Of a DNA stretch of 64,000 nucleotides, positions 47,501-56,919 are shown in pieces. The first letter of the stretch is position 1. Each line of letters starts with the position of its first letter. The translations under genes were made by a program, and so were the position numbers. Source of the stretch: a virus (Duplodnaviria > Caudoviricetes); IMG/VR virus record IMGVR_UViG_3300011977_000415, positions 41,365-105,364 of that record; one strand, 5' to 3'. The notes beneath the pieces are model-generated. The model was not told where the DNA came from. It did not search any database and saw nothing but the letters and a program-made list of their open reading frames with translations.

Positions 47501-48916
47501 TCGGCTGATTGGCAAAACCTATTCGGCAACCTTGATGAATTGACAACATCAACCATCAAAAAGTTGATTGCAAAAATTGAGGGTATGAAAGCCACCATCG
47601 GCGTGGATTTGAACCCACAGGATTTGAAAGCCCTTACCGACCAATTGAACAAGGCGCGTGCAGAGGTAGAAAAACGCAACCCGTTCACCGCCCTTGGCGC
47701 GGCGTGGAAACGCCTCAAAGAAGAAACTAAGGACGGCAAGGGATTGGGCAGCGATGAAGCCAAAAAAGCCACAACAGACGTTGCATCCTCCGTGTCGGAA
47801 TTTATCAACCTTATAAGTGGCACATTCAACGCCGTAATTGACGGATTACAGGAGATGGGCGTTTCGATGGACGAAGAAACCCAAGTGATATTGAACGACC
47901 TTGGCGGCATTATGGATGGTGCAAGTCAAGTTGCGCAAGGCATCGCCACCGGAAACCCGCTTTCCGTGATTCAAGGTTCAATCGGTTTGTTGTCATCGGC
48001 ATTTGATTTGTTCAATTCGCGCGACCGCAAGGCGGAAAAGCAAATCAAGAAACACCAAGAAGCCATCAATAAATTGCAAAACGCATACAAGCAACTTGAA
48101 TGGCAGATTGACAAAGCGTTGGGCGGCGAAGTCTATAAAAACCAACGTGCGGCAATCAAGAACATGCAAGAGCAACAAGCCCACCTTAAAGCATCATGGG
48201 AAGCGGAAATTTCCAAGAAGCACACCGATTGGGGGCGTGTGGACGATTTCAAGGAACAATATGCCGAATTGGGGCGGCAAATCGAAGATTTGATTGATGA
48301 AATATCCAACGATTTGTTGCAGACCAACGCCAAGGATTTCGCCAACGAATTGGGCGATGCCCTTGTGGAAGCATTCGGCAAAGGTGAAGATGCCGCCAAG
48401 GCGATGGAAACCACCGTTAATTCGGTATTGAAAAACCTTGTGTTGAACCAATTGAAAAAGAACTTTTTGGAAACGCAATTGCAAGGCGCGCTTGACCAAT
48501 TGGAAAAGGATATGGGTTATTGGAGCGGCGACAATTTCATTTTTGATGGGTTGTCGGATGAAGAAATTGCCCGGTTCAAAGCATCCGTTGGTGCGGCGAC
48601 CGCAAATTTCAACAACGCAATGCAGTTGTACGAAGATTTGTTCAAGGAAATGGGGCTTGATGACACGGACGAATCATTGACGGGCGCGGTTAAGGGCGTG
48701 AGCGAAGAAACCGCCGACATACTCGCCGGACAAATGAACGCCATCCGCATCAACCAATTGGATATGGCGGCAATCATGCGGCAACAGTTGCAGCAATTGA
48801 ACCAAATCGCCGTAAACACGGGTTACAACAAGTATTTATCACGAATTGAACGCATCATCACCATTTTGGAACAAAACCAATCCGGGAACACGTTGCGTTC
48901 GCAAGGCTTATCATGA
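44510..48916 (+). CDS. Tape measure protein
   Basis: 1468 aa, Ala-rich coiled coil with a central hydrophobic segment. Confidence 0.9.
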   Translation: MADVNGGALSFTSVMDNEKMNAAIEETLRRVQGFSDAVVGSGDAMDKTTQEIVESINIQKRVINELENTVAELNAKINSVEPGAAQDALIEQANAVRAELDGEKQGMVALINELNNLQRANAGVAATQEEIRAGLGQIGAACEMHETALASLEDEYAKISAQMNTALKSGNDNEYRALRERAQAIKGEITTRKQLLKELRDQSNALEAEATKMEQAAAAANNTAQAHVSLRSRIRELREEMALYREQFGDQTDKYREMSAELGRLQDIQGDIQAQGSILSNDQAQFQGIITGLNGVVGGFTAAQGAVALFAGENENLQKIMLKVQSLMSITMGLQQVSATLNKDSAFRLATVNSLREWWNKLLAIGRGEQIASTAATVADTTATTASTVATTANTAAQTAANGAKTASIGASTGAAAAQGVQTASAVAGTAANIGLAGAFRMVGAAIKSIPVFGWILAGISALIALVSHFVGKANEAKKAAEEWYNAIAENSYKPIAAIMDLSARWNALGNDLEAKKQFIEDNKKAFDDLGASVNDVVDAENLLVKNKDAFINAQIEKAKATIYLQQATEKVKELIKKEQEVAAMPEKSSTYVQTSSYGTGYWVEGINQAKVEAKKELADLRAEITQGFTNAAEAEKRGFNILKNAGVSATQTYAKGSLGAIQQAIALKQEALKKLTNNADYQKAMKEIEALQKQADKITGKTTTTSGGGGGGGRSSGGGGTKKDPFLEKLAKYKSEYARFQKWVNSGDAIIQKAAATEFDGLLKQGATYIDYLKRQRDIILDVDVANRTKAQNKQLRQLNDAIAEETKNTVLEAFNNELSASLANAKTVLEMLKVIEAKRKELSGDGTELDNAKAKSLDNAEEKANAEAAKQTEALLTEYASFTEQKRRLDEQYRIDKELLDRRLAKATSAAEIAEIKNVMAEREKKYNKDVLNVGGYDDILNQYGGYEQKKTRIQEQYAERRRIAELNGNTKLLEQLATAEQNELSKLQSDLIKNSADWQNLFGNLDELTTSTIKKLIAKIEGMKATIGVDLNPQDLKALTDQLNKARAEVEKRNPFTALGAAWKRLKEETKDGKGLGSDEAKKATTDVASSVSEFINLISGTFNAVIDGLQEMGVSMDEETQVILNDLGGIMDGASQVAQGIATGNPLSVIQGSIGLLSSAFDLFNSRDRKAEKQIKKHQEAINKLQNAYKQLEWQIDKALGGEVYKNQRAAIKNMQEQQAHLKASWEAEISKKHTDWGRVDDFKEQYAELGRQIEDLIDEISNDLLQTNAKDFANELGDALVEAFGKGEDAAKAMETTVNSVLKNLVLNQLKKNFLETQLQGALDQLEKDMGYWSGDNFIFDGLSDEEIARFKASVGAATANFNNAMQLYEDLFKEMGLDDTDESLTGAVKGVSEETADILAGQMNAIRINQLDMAAIMRQQLQQLNQIAVNTGYNKYLSRIERIITILEQNQSGNTLRSQGLS

Positions 48917-48917
48917 T

Positions 48918-49424
48918 ATGAATGAAGTAACGAAACAACTTGCCAAGGCAGCACAGGCGAACGGGATTTGCACGCCTTGGTTGAATGAATTGAAAACCCT
49001 TGAAAACAAGGATGCGTTGGTGGATATGTATATTCGTGGGCTTGATTTTTGCCTTGCCCACGATTACCCATCCAATGATTTCATCCGGCGACATTTCAAG
49101 GGCATGATGGAAACCCACGGCGTGTTCCTTGACGATGCAATTGAATTGCAAAACCAATGCAAGTGCATCGCGCTTGGTGAAACAACCGGGCGTGTTGCCG
49201 CCGATGGGTATTCCGTTGTGGAAGTGTGGGCAAAACATCAATCATCGTTGAACATCATTGCAAAGGACAACGCCTTTGTAATGGTGGATGTGTACGATGA
49301 TGCCGTGGTGAATGTGTACGCAAGCGACCGGGCGAAAGTGTGCGTGAACAAGCATGGCGGCAAGGTATCACATGCCACCACGGATGATGCCGTGGTGAAA
49401 ATCCGGGAAATGTCTAACAAGTAA
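48918..49424 (+). CDS. Hypothetical tail-region protein
   Basis: MNEVTKQLAK start directly after the tape measure stop; beta-repeat-like C-terminus. Confidence 0.65.
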   Translation: MNEVTKQLAKAAQANGICTPWLNELKTLENKDALVDMYIRGLDFCLAHDYPSNDFIRRHFKGMMETHGVFLDDAIELQNQCKCIALGETTGRVAADGYSVVEVWAKHQSSLNIIAKDNAFVMVDVYDDAVVNVYASDRAKVCVNKHGGKVSHATTDDAVVKIREMSNK

Positions 49425-49435
49425 ATAAATCCGAT

Positions 49436-50641
49436 ATGAGCAACAACAATATAATTTTCAACATGCCATTCGATGAAAGCGATGGCAGCGCGACCGCATA
49501 CGACTATTCAAGCAACCGTGCCGATGGTGTTGTTACCGGGGCGCATTTCACCGCCGGGAAGAACGGCAATGCCATTTCCTTTTCCGGCAACGACACATGC
49601 GAGGTATCAAAGAACGTATTGCCAAACCTTTCCGTGAACTTTTCCATTTTGGCGTGGGTCAAGGGTGCGGATTGCGAGGTTGGCGCGCCGGGCAAACTGA
49701 TATGGGTGTTGGCGTTCCCCGGCGTGAAGAATTACGTTGAAGTTCCCATCGAAGCAAGGGCGGGGACGTGGTTTTCGCTTGCCGTGGTCAAGTCCGGCAC
49801 GAAATACGGGTTCTATGTCAATTCATCATTGATTCATGAGGTTGTGCGCAACGGCACATTGCAAGGTGTTTCGCTGAACCAAGATTTTTATGGCGGCGAA
49901 TACGGCTTTGGCTTGTTGGATGATGTCAAGATTTACAATGCCGCATTGTCGCAATCGGACATCATCAACGAGGTGTCAAGCGCGAAGCAACAGGCATACA
50001 AGGTGGATGGACACGATTTCAAGGATTTTGGCGTGTATGTGTCCGCATCCGATGGTTTGTTGTCCCGTCCAAAGGTCAAAGACCCAATGACGGTTAATTG
50101 GGACAATTACCACGGCGAAAGCGTGGATTTGGCACACAAGTATATTGAACCGCGCGACATCACGTTGTCTTGCTTTGTCAAGGCTGAATCCAAGATGGAT
50201 TTCATCAAAAAGGTGAACGAATTTCAACACCTTTGGGATAAGCACGGCACGAACCGCCTTTTGGTGGATGTCCACCCCGTGAAACCTTTGATTTATGAAG
50301 TGTACGCCAAAGATGCCATCGAAGTGGAAAAGACGTGGAACGATGCGTTGATGGTCGGCACGTTCAAGTTGAAATTGCGCGAACCCGAACCCGTGAAGCG
50401 CGTGTTGAAGCACATCCGCGTGGGCGAATCAACCAAAACATGCGCAATCACCTTGACATCCACCAAGTATGTGAACATTTATTGGGGCGATGGCAGCGTT
50501 GATTATGATGTTGCCGGAAAGGACTTGGCGGTTTCGCACGATTATGCCGAAAACGGCGATTATTTCCCCGTGATAACCGGGTGCATTGACGAAATCGAAT
50601 CATTCACCACAAACGCCATCATTGTATGGGAACGAATATAA
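49436..50641 (+). CDS. LamG/concanavalin-like domain + distal tail (Dit-like) protein
   Basis: FDESDGSATAYDYS..GKNGNAISFSG..GLLDDVKIYNAALS (LamG); DFKDFGVYVS..RDITLSC. Confidence 0.7.
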   Translation: MSNNNIIFNMPFDESDGSATAYDYSSNRADGVVTGAHFTAGKNGNAISFSGNDTCEVSKNVLPNLSVNFSILAWVKGADCEVGAPGKLIWVLAFPGVKNYVEVPIEARAGTWFSLAVVKSGTKYGFYVNSSLIHEVVRNGTLQGVSLNQDFYGGEYGFGLLDDVKIYNAALSQSDIINEVSSAKQQAYKVDGHDFKDFGVYVSASDGLLSRPKVKDPMTVNWDNYHGESVDLAHKYIEPRDITLSCFVKAESKMDFIKKVNEFQHLWDKHGTNRLLVDVHPVKPLIYEVYAKDAIEVEKTWNDALMVGTFKLKLREPEPVKRVLKHIRVGESTKTCAITLTSTKYVNIYWGDGSVDYDVAGKDLAVSHDYAENGDYFPVITGCIDEIESFTTNAIIVWERI

Positions 50642-53600
50642 TAATCACAAAGCCAAATGGCGACCGCGTGCCGATGGAATCACGGCGCACGGCAACATCA
50701 ATCACGGCGGCAAAGCAAACATGGGCATTGAACGCCGAAGATACAATTGCAATTACCGTTGTTTCCCCTTTTCCACAATCGTATGGGATTGGGGATGCAA
50801 TAACCGTGTTCGGTCGCGATTACAGGTTGAACCGCTTGCCAAAGGTGAAGAAATCCGGCTTTACGGAGTATCAATATGATTTGGAGTTTGAGGGCATCCA
50901 ATACGACCTTTTGCGCGTTACCTATGATGTGAACATCAACACCACCAAGAATGAATTGCAAGACATTCAAGGCGATTCTTTGACGGGTGATTTGAAACGT
51001 TTCATGGATGTGTTGATAAGTAATGCCAATCGCGTTTTCCCGGACAAATGGGCGTTGGGCGAATGCCCGGAAACAGTTGGCGACAAGACATTGACGTTCG
51101 CCGAAAACGACAATTGCTTGTCGGTGTTGCAAAACTTGTGTTCAGCCGACAATTTCGGCGTGGAATTTGACATTGTGAAAGTGAATGGCGTTTACACTAT
51201 CAACCTTTATGAAAAGGTGGGAAGTGTTTTGCCATTTACCCTTGAATATGGCAAGGGCAAGGGCTTGTATTCCATCAATCGCGACAATGTTTCATCATCC
51301 AACATCATCACCCGGTTGAAAGTGTTCGGCAGCACGGAAAACATCACGTCCAAATATCGCGCCGACCGCCTTTGCATGTACGGCAAGGACAAATCATCAT
51401 CGTACATTGAAAAGGCGGAAGCGGTGGCAAAATACGGCATATTTGAGGGGCGCAAGAACTTTGATGACATCAAACCAACGTTCACGGGCAAGATAACGGC
51501 AATCGTGGATGGTGATGTGTTGTCGTTCATTGATGAAACATTCCCGTTTGACATCAAGAAAACAAACGCCGATGGCGAAACGGAATACATGATTGCCGGG
51601 GTATCGCCCAAGGTGCATTTTAATTCGGGAAACCTTGCCGGGTACGAATTTGAGGTGCATGATTACGACCACGCCACACACAAATTCACCTTGATAAAGC
51701 AAACCGATGACCGTGGCAATGTGTTCCCGTCCGAAACATCGCCCGCGTTCCGGTTCGCCAAGGATGACACATACAAGGTGCTTGATATTGCTTATTCCAA
51801 AGAAATAGAAGAAGCCGCCGAAAACCTTTTGGCGGAACAGGGTAACAAATACTATGATGAAAATTGCCAACCCAAGGTGCAATATTCAATCGAAGTTACC
51901 AAATCATTCGTGGAAAAGTATTTCGGCGGAAGTGATGGCGTTGTGAACGTGTTCAAACCGGGCGATTGCTTGCCAATCAAGGATGATGAAATCGGCGTGG
52001 ACAAAGCAATCCGCATCAAGTCATTCACGCGCAACGTGCTTGACCCATACGATTATGCCTTAACCATATCGGACGTTTCGACCAAAGCGGACATCATTAC
52101 CCGTGTAATTTCGGAAATCGGCGACATTGACAAGGTAATCAACATCAACAACCTTAAAGACCCGGCACAGGCACGCGCCAATTGGCGTTCATCGCGCGAG
52201 GTGCTGAATATGGTGTTTGACCCCGAAACGGGCGGATATTACGGCGACAAAATCACCCCGGCAAGTGTGGACACCATCGCATTGTCGGTTGGCGCAAAAT
52301 CAATGCAATTCGGTTTGACAAATACCGTATTTCAACCTAATTTCAACGGCAATGCCCAAGTGGTGAAATGGAAAGGCGGCGTTTTGACGCATTACACCAT
52401 TGACCCCGACACCGCGCGTTCATGGATGTTGGCTGATGGCGAAATCACATTCACGGACACCGACCCTTATTATATTTACGCCCGTTGCACCCGCAATGGT
52501 GAAGATGGCGTGTTTGAATTTTCAAAGGAGCAACACAAAGTAGAGGAAAGCGCAAGCGTGTATTATTTCCTTGTCGGCGTTTTGAATAGCGTTGATGTGG
52601 AAACAAAGGTTCGTTCCATTGCCTTGACGTATGGGTTCACGATGATAAACGGACGTTTCATCAAGACCGGACGCGTTGAATCGGCGGACGGAACAACATA
52701 TTTCGACCTTGATAATTCCGAAATTGGCGGTCGAATCGTGTTCAATTCCAATGGAAGTGAAAAGACCCTTGAAGAATTGGGCGCGGAAACCTTGGAAAAC
52801 AAGGATTTCATCAACAACACCTTGCCGGGCTTATTGTCGGAAATCCAAGCGCAATTGGACGGTCAAATTGAACAATTTTTCCAAACATACGACCCGACAA
52901 TGAGCAATGCCCCGGCAAACGAGTGGACAACATCGGAGTTGAAAGAAAATCACCTTGGCGACTTGTTTTATAACACCGATACGGGTGCGGTGTTCCGCTT
53001 TGTGAAAGAAAATGGCACATACAAGTGGCAACAGCTTTCGGACGATGAAGTTGCCAACGCCCTTGCATTGGCAAATGAAGCCCTTGCACTTGCAAAGGAC
53101 AAGAACCGTATCTTCACCACGACCCCTTACCCACCTTATGAAGTCGGCGACTTATGGGTTCAAGGTTCATCCGGCGACATCATGCGTTGCAAGACTTCAA
53201 GGGAAACGGGTGCATATACTTCAAGCGATTGGGAAAAGGCATCGAAGTACACCGATAACACGGCATTGACAACGTTCATAAATGGTGCATATTCTGACAC
53301 CGTTGCCAACTTGACCAATCAGATTGACGGCAAGATTGAAACCTGGTTTCAAAATTCAGACCCGGCGAACGCCTGGACAAACAACACCATCAAGGCAAAG
53401 CACGTTGGCGACATGTGGTTCAGTAATACAACGAATTTGTTGAAGCGATATTCTTCAAGTTACACTTGGGTTGAAATTCACGACCAAAAGGCAATTGACG
53501 CGTACACCAATGCAGCCGCCGCGAAAGATACGGCGGACGGCAAACGCCGCGTTTTCGTTGCGACACCTTATCCGCCTTATGACATTGGTGATTTGTGGGT

Positions 53601-54819
53601 CAACGGACAAGACTTGCGCCGTTGTGCAACCGCCAAGGCTTCCGGACAATCATACAATGTGAACGATTGGGTGGTTGCAGTTGATTACGACAACACAAAG
53701 ACCGTTATTGACGGCGGATTGGTAACGTCGGGAACACTTCAAGTTGCGGGCGACAACAAAAGCATTCTTGCGGGTATCACCGGGAAAGGCACAACGGATG
53801 ATGCAATTCGTTTTTGGGCGGGCGCATCATTTGAAAACAGGGCAACCGCGCCATTCCGGGTGCAACAAGACGGAACGATGTATGCAACCAAGGCGTATGT
53901 GGAGGGCGAATTGCATTCCATAATTGGCAGCATTGGCAAATGGTTATTGTCCGATGGCGTTTTGAAATCGGAAAAAACAGTTAGCAAAACCGATGGAACG
54001 CCCATCATCCAATTGGATTCAAAAGGCGGAGTGATACAAATCACGAATGAAATATTCATGGATGCCCGTGGTATGCGCATGATTTCGGGCGGTTACGACC
54101 GATTGCGAATTGCCAATTGCAGCATCGGAGAATTTTCCAAATATTGGGTCAAAAAGGATTTTTCGGGCGACCATTACGAAACCCATACGCATGATTCAAT
54201 TTACATGTTTGCCGGGAATAGATGGCTTGATAATCGCGTTAATTTTGGCACACACACAATCAATCTTGGATATTTCGGCGTTGGTTCAACGTTGAATTTT
54301 TCCAAATTTTCATTTTCGTTCTATGTACCGGAAAACAATAGTTCAAGTGTGGTGGTGAAAATGTACGCAAATACACCCGCATTCATAGTGTATGTAAAGC
54401 GCAACGGGCAAACCGTCAAGTCATTCGAAATTGTCAATGGCACAACGTACACGAACAACGAATATGCCGATTATGTGCATACAGTACCCGAAAGCAACCG
54501 GACAATAATTGTGGACGAAACTTTGGAGGGCAATTATACCGTTGCGATAGTACAAAAGACGTTCAACTTATACGCATCATCAAGCGGCGTTTTGAAAGCA
54601 TTCGACTATGCAATCAGAATGACGTTTTCATTTGTTCGTGGTTCGTATGAGCGAACAATCCTTGGAAATGATGGGATGTTGTCGTGTTGGAAGAACGGCG
54701 CAATGCTGATGACAAACGACCAATTCTTTGTCGCCCTTGGTGATTATCAATTCCGGATCACGCCGAATAACGGCTTGCAAAAATCATCGGATGGCGGCAC
54801 GAAGTGGTCGAGCCTATAA
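50626..54819 (+). CDS. Tail tip/baseplate hub protein with fibre-like extension
   Basis: 1397 aa; YGKGKGLY..ITRLKVFGS..NI hub-like N-terminus; two internal repeats containing PYPPYxxGDLW. Confidence 0.8.
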   Translation: MGTNIIITKPNGDRVPMESRRTATSITAAKQTWALNAEDTIAITVVSPFPQSYGIGDAITVFGRDYRLNRLPKVKKSGFTEYQYDLEFEGIQYDLLRVTYDVNINTTKNELQDIQGDSLTGDLKRFMDVLISNANRVFPDKWALGECPETVGDKTLTFAENDNCLSVLQNLCSADNFGVEFDIVKVNGVYTINLYEKVGSVLPFTLEYGKGKGLYSINRDNVSSSNIITRLKVFGSTENITSKYRADRLCMYGKDKSSSYIEKAEAVAKYGIFEGRKNFDDIKPTFTGKITAIVDGDVLSFIDETFPFDIKKTNADGETEYMIAGVSPKVHFNSGNLAGYEFEVHDYDHATHKFTLIKQTDDRGNVFPSETSPAFRFAKDDTYKVLDIAYSKEIEEAAENLLAEQGNKYYDENCQPKVQYSIEVTKSFVEKYFGGSDGVVNVFKPGDCLPIKDDEIGVDKAIRIKSFTRNVLDPYDYALTISDVSTKADIITRVISEIGDIDKVININNLKDPAQARANWRSSREVLNMVFDPETGGYYGDKITPASVDTIALSVGAKSMQFGLTNTVFQPNFNGNAQVVKWKGGVLTHYTIDPDTARSWMLADGEITFTDTDPYYIYARCTRNGEDGVFEFSKEQHKVEESASVYYFLVGVLNSVDVETKVRSIALTYGFTMINGRFIKTGRVESADGTTYFDLDNSEIGGRIVFNSNGSEKTLEELGAETLENKDFINNTLPGLLSEIQAQLDGQIEQFFQTYDPTMSNAPANEWTTSELKENHLGDLFYNTDTGAVFRFVKENGTYKWQQLSDDEVANALALANEALALAKDKNRIFTTTPYPPYEVGDLWVQGSSGDIMRCKTSRETGAYTSSDWEKASKYTDNTALTTFINGAYSDTVANLTNQIDGKIETWFQNSDPANAWTNNTIKAKHVGDMWFSNTTNLLKRYSSSYTWVEIHDQKAIDAYTNAAAAKDTADGKRRVFVATPYPPYDIGDLWVNGQDLRRCATAKASGQSYNVNDWVVAVDYDNTKTVIDGGLVTSGTLQVAGDNKSILAGITGKGTTDDAIRFWAGASFENRATAPFRVQQDGTMYATKAYVEGELHSIIGSIGKWLLSDGVLKSEKTVSKTDGTPIIQLDSKGGVIQITNEIFMDARGMRMISGGYDRLRIANCSIGEFSKYWVKKDFSGDHYETHTHDSIYMFAGNRWLDNRVNFGTHTINLGYFGVGSTLNFSKFSFSFYVPENNSSSVVVKMYANTPAFIVYVKRNGQTVKSFEIVNGTTYTNNEYADYVHTVPESNRTIIVDETLEGNYTVAIVQKTFNLYASSSGVLKAFDYAIRMTFSFVRGSYERTILGNDGMLSCWKNGAMLMTNDQFFVALGDYQFRITPNNGLQKSSDGGTKWSSL

Positions 54820-54851
54820 AAAACCGGGTGTGGATGCTTGGGAAACCGGGT

Positions 54852-54909
54852 AAGTTATTCCCAAGTTATCCACAACGTGTTTCATAATGAAACATATATA
54901 GTAACTTTG
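54852..54909 (+). promoter_or_regulatory. Putative late promoter 3 (DGR target/lysis operon)
   Basis: Inverted tandem repeat 54852-54873 including a perfect DnaA box TTATCCACA (54866-54874), palindrome 54877-54895, TAACTTTG 54902-54909. Confidence 0.65.
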
Positions 54910-54936
54910 CAGTCAAATTCTTTATGTTCAAGAACA

Positions 54937-55209
54937 ATGAACACAAGAAGTGGTGAAAGCGTTTCCGCGCAAATAGGAAAAATGGGAACGATTGCCGACC
55001 TTGCCAATGCTGATTTTCAGTTGGCGGACGGGCAACCGTTCAACATCAAAAATGATGGCGTGCAGCCCGTCAAATTGGCGGTGCAACTTGCCGGAATGGA
55101 TGATGGGGATTTCATCGAAACCACCTTTGAAGTGGGTTGGAATCCCGAAATCGTGAAATGTATCAAGGCAACATCGTTGTCAAGTCTTAACTTAAAATTT
55201 GGTTACTAA
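54937..55209 (+). CDS. Small hypothetical (probably virion) protein
   Basis: MNTRSGESVSAQIGKMG..GWNPEIV; tightly coupled to the DGR target gene. Confidence 0.65.
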   Translation: MNTRSGESVSAQIGKMGTIADLANADFQLADGQPFNIKNDGVQPVKLAVQLAGMDDGDFIETTFEVGWNPEIVKCIKATSLSSLNLKFGY

Positions 55210-55210
55210 A

Positions 55211-56515
55211 ATGGGACTTATCATTGGAATGGGCAACACAAAGCCCGAATTTGCTTATGATTTCTATTATGGAATCGAATGGGACACAACCGTGTCAAAT
55301 CCCGTGCCAACGCGTATCGGAAAAGCGGAACTTCACGCGGAATTGCCCGTGCAGTCACTTATCCGCCGTTGTGTTCTGAAAACCGATGGAACGGTGAACT
55401 ACTACTTGAACGCCAACGATTCAACGAAGCGTGACAACGGCGCGGCGGCAAACCTTTCCGGTGCAGACGGTCAAGTCATGGTCGAGTTGCCCGAATGTTA
55501 TGCGCGTTTCGAAATGGACGGCACAAAACGCCGTGCATTGATTTCAACCCAGGAGTTGCCAGGATTCCACAAGTGGAACAAGGCGTATATTTCCGCGTAT
55601 GAAGCAACCGTGCAGCGTTCAACGAACACTTTGATGTCTGTTGTCAACATGGGTGCAGACTATCGCGGCGGCGGCAACAATGCAGATTGGGACGGGACTT
55701 ATCGTTCTTTGCTTGGTCGCCCGGCAACAAACATTTCCTTGACTAATTTCCGTACATACGCCCGTCAAGGTCGTTCGACTGAATGGAACTGCAACGTCTA
55801 TCAGTTGCACAAGGAACTTTGGTGGTTCTTTGCAATCGAGTATTGCAATTTCAATTCGCAAGCCGAATACAATGCCGCCCTGGATTCAAACGGATACCAT
55901 CAAGGCGGTCTTGGCGCGGGTGTGACACAGATTTCCGATTGGAACGGCTACAATGGTTATATGCCTTTCGTTCCTTGCGGAACAACAAATTCACTTGGCA
56001 ATCGCACGGGTGTTGTCACATACAATGCCATGAAAGCGGATGGAACAACGGTTCACTATGCCGCGCCCGTTCCATCATATCGCGGCGTTGAAAACCCGTT
56101 CGGTCACATTTGGAAATGGACTGACGGTTGCTTGTGCAACATTCAGAGTGAAGCGGCGGGCGGCGTGTCCATGTTCTATGTATGCGACAATCCGGCGAAC
56201 TTTGCTTCAAGCATTTCCGCAAATTACGACTATCGCGGCGACTTGCCCCGTTCGAATGGCTATGTGAAAGAAGTCATCCTTGGTGAGTATGGCGAAATCA
56301 TGCCGTTGTCAATCGGCGGCGGTTCGACAACTTATTTTTGCGAAAACTTCTATACAGACATCCCAGGAAGCGGAAGCGCAACGCGTGGTGTTCTGTTCGG
56401 CGGTACTGCGTATGATGGCGCGGCTGCGGGGTTCGTTTGTGCGAATACGTCTAATGCGCCTTCGGGTACGTTTGCGTATTTCGGGTCGCGGCTTTGCTTT
56501 ATCCCGGCGGCGTAA
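55211..56515 (+). CDS. DGR target 1: putative tail/receptor-binding protein with a C-terminal CLec-fold variable region
   Basis: YRGVENPFGHIWKWTDG..RGVLFGG..GSRLCF; VR1 at the 3' end; located after the tail tip gene. Confidence 0.9.
   Translation: MGLIIGMGNTKPEFAYDFYYGIEWDTTVSNPVPTRIGKAELHAELPVQSLIRRCVLKTDGTVNYYLNANDSTKRDNGAAANLSGADGQVMVELPECYARFEMDGTKRRALISTQELPGFHKWNKAYISAYEATVQRSTNTLMSVVNMGADYRGGGNNADWDGTYRSLLGRPATNISLTNFRTYARQGRSTEWNCNVYQLHKELWWFFAIEYCNFNSQAEYNAALDSNGYHQGGLGAGVTQISDWNGYNGYMPFVPCGTTNSLGNRTGVVTYNAMKADGTTVHYAAPVPSYRGVENPFGHIWKWTDGCLCNIQSEAAGGVSMFYVCDNPANFASSISANYDYRGDLPRSNGYVKEVILGEYGEIMPLSIGGGSTTYFCENFYTDIPGSGSATRGVLFGGTAYDGAAAGFVCANTSNAPSGTFAYFGSRLCFIPAA
56384..56501 (+). 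repeat. DGR variable repeat VR1 including IMH
   Basis: Over 56384-56491 there are 19 mismatches to TR 56642-56749, all at TR adenines. Confidence 0.95.
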
Positions 56516-56641
56516 TCGGCGCGAAGCGCAAAATCGAAATCATCCTTGCCGCATGACGGGATGATGTGGAACTTCAAAAGGTAGGGCGGCAACAAAGCCG
56601 CCCCGCCTTTCAAAAAGAGATATTAAATGGTTGTCCTTTGT

Positions 56642-56757
56642 CGTGGTGTTCTGTTCAGCGGTAATGCGAATAATGACGCGAATGCGGGGTTCGTTTATGC
56701 GAATACGAATAATACGCCATCGAATACGAATGCGAATATCGGGTCGCAGCGTTACTT
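56642..56757 (+). repeat. DGR template repeat (TR) with IMH*
   Basis: 10 AAT codons and 29 adenines in 108 nt; lies between VR1 and the RT; 3' end CAGCGTTACTT versus CGGCTTTGCTT in both VRs. Confidence 0.95.
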
Positions 56758-56919
56758 GTCAAAAATATACAATCTTGCATCAAAGGAAACCTTGCCACAA
56801 AAACGCCGGAATGTCCGGCGCATGACCTGGATAAAACCAGGGGCAAAAAATTTCATTCGTAAAACGGTCTTGGTAGGGGAAACCCGAAAAGTCCTACTAT
56901 ACAAGCAAAGTGAAGAAAT

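Noticed and set aside
54866-54874. DnaA box as a chromosomal or phage replication origin
   Set aside because: Only paired boxes, at three dispersed promoter regions far from the initiator gene; a transcriptional role fits better
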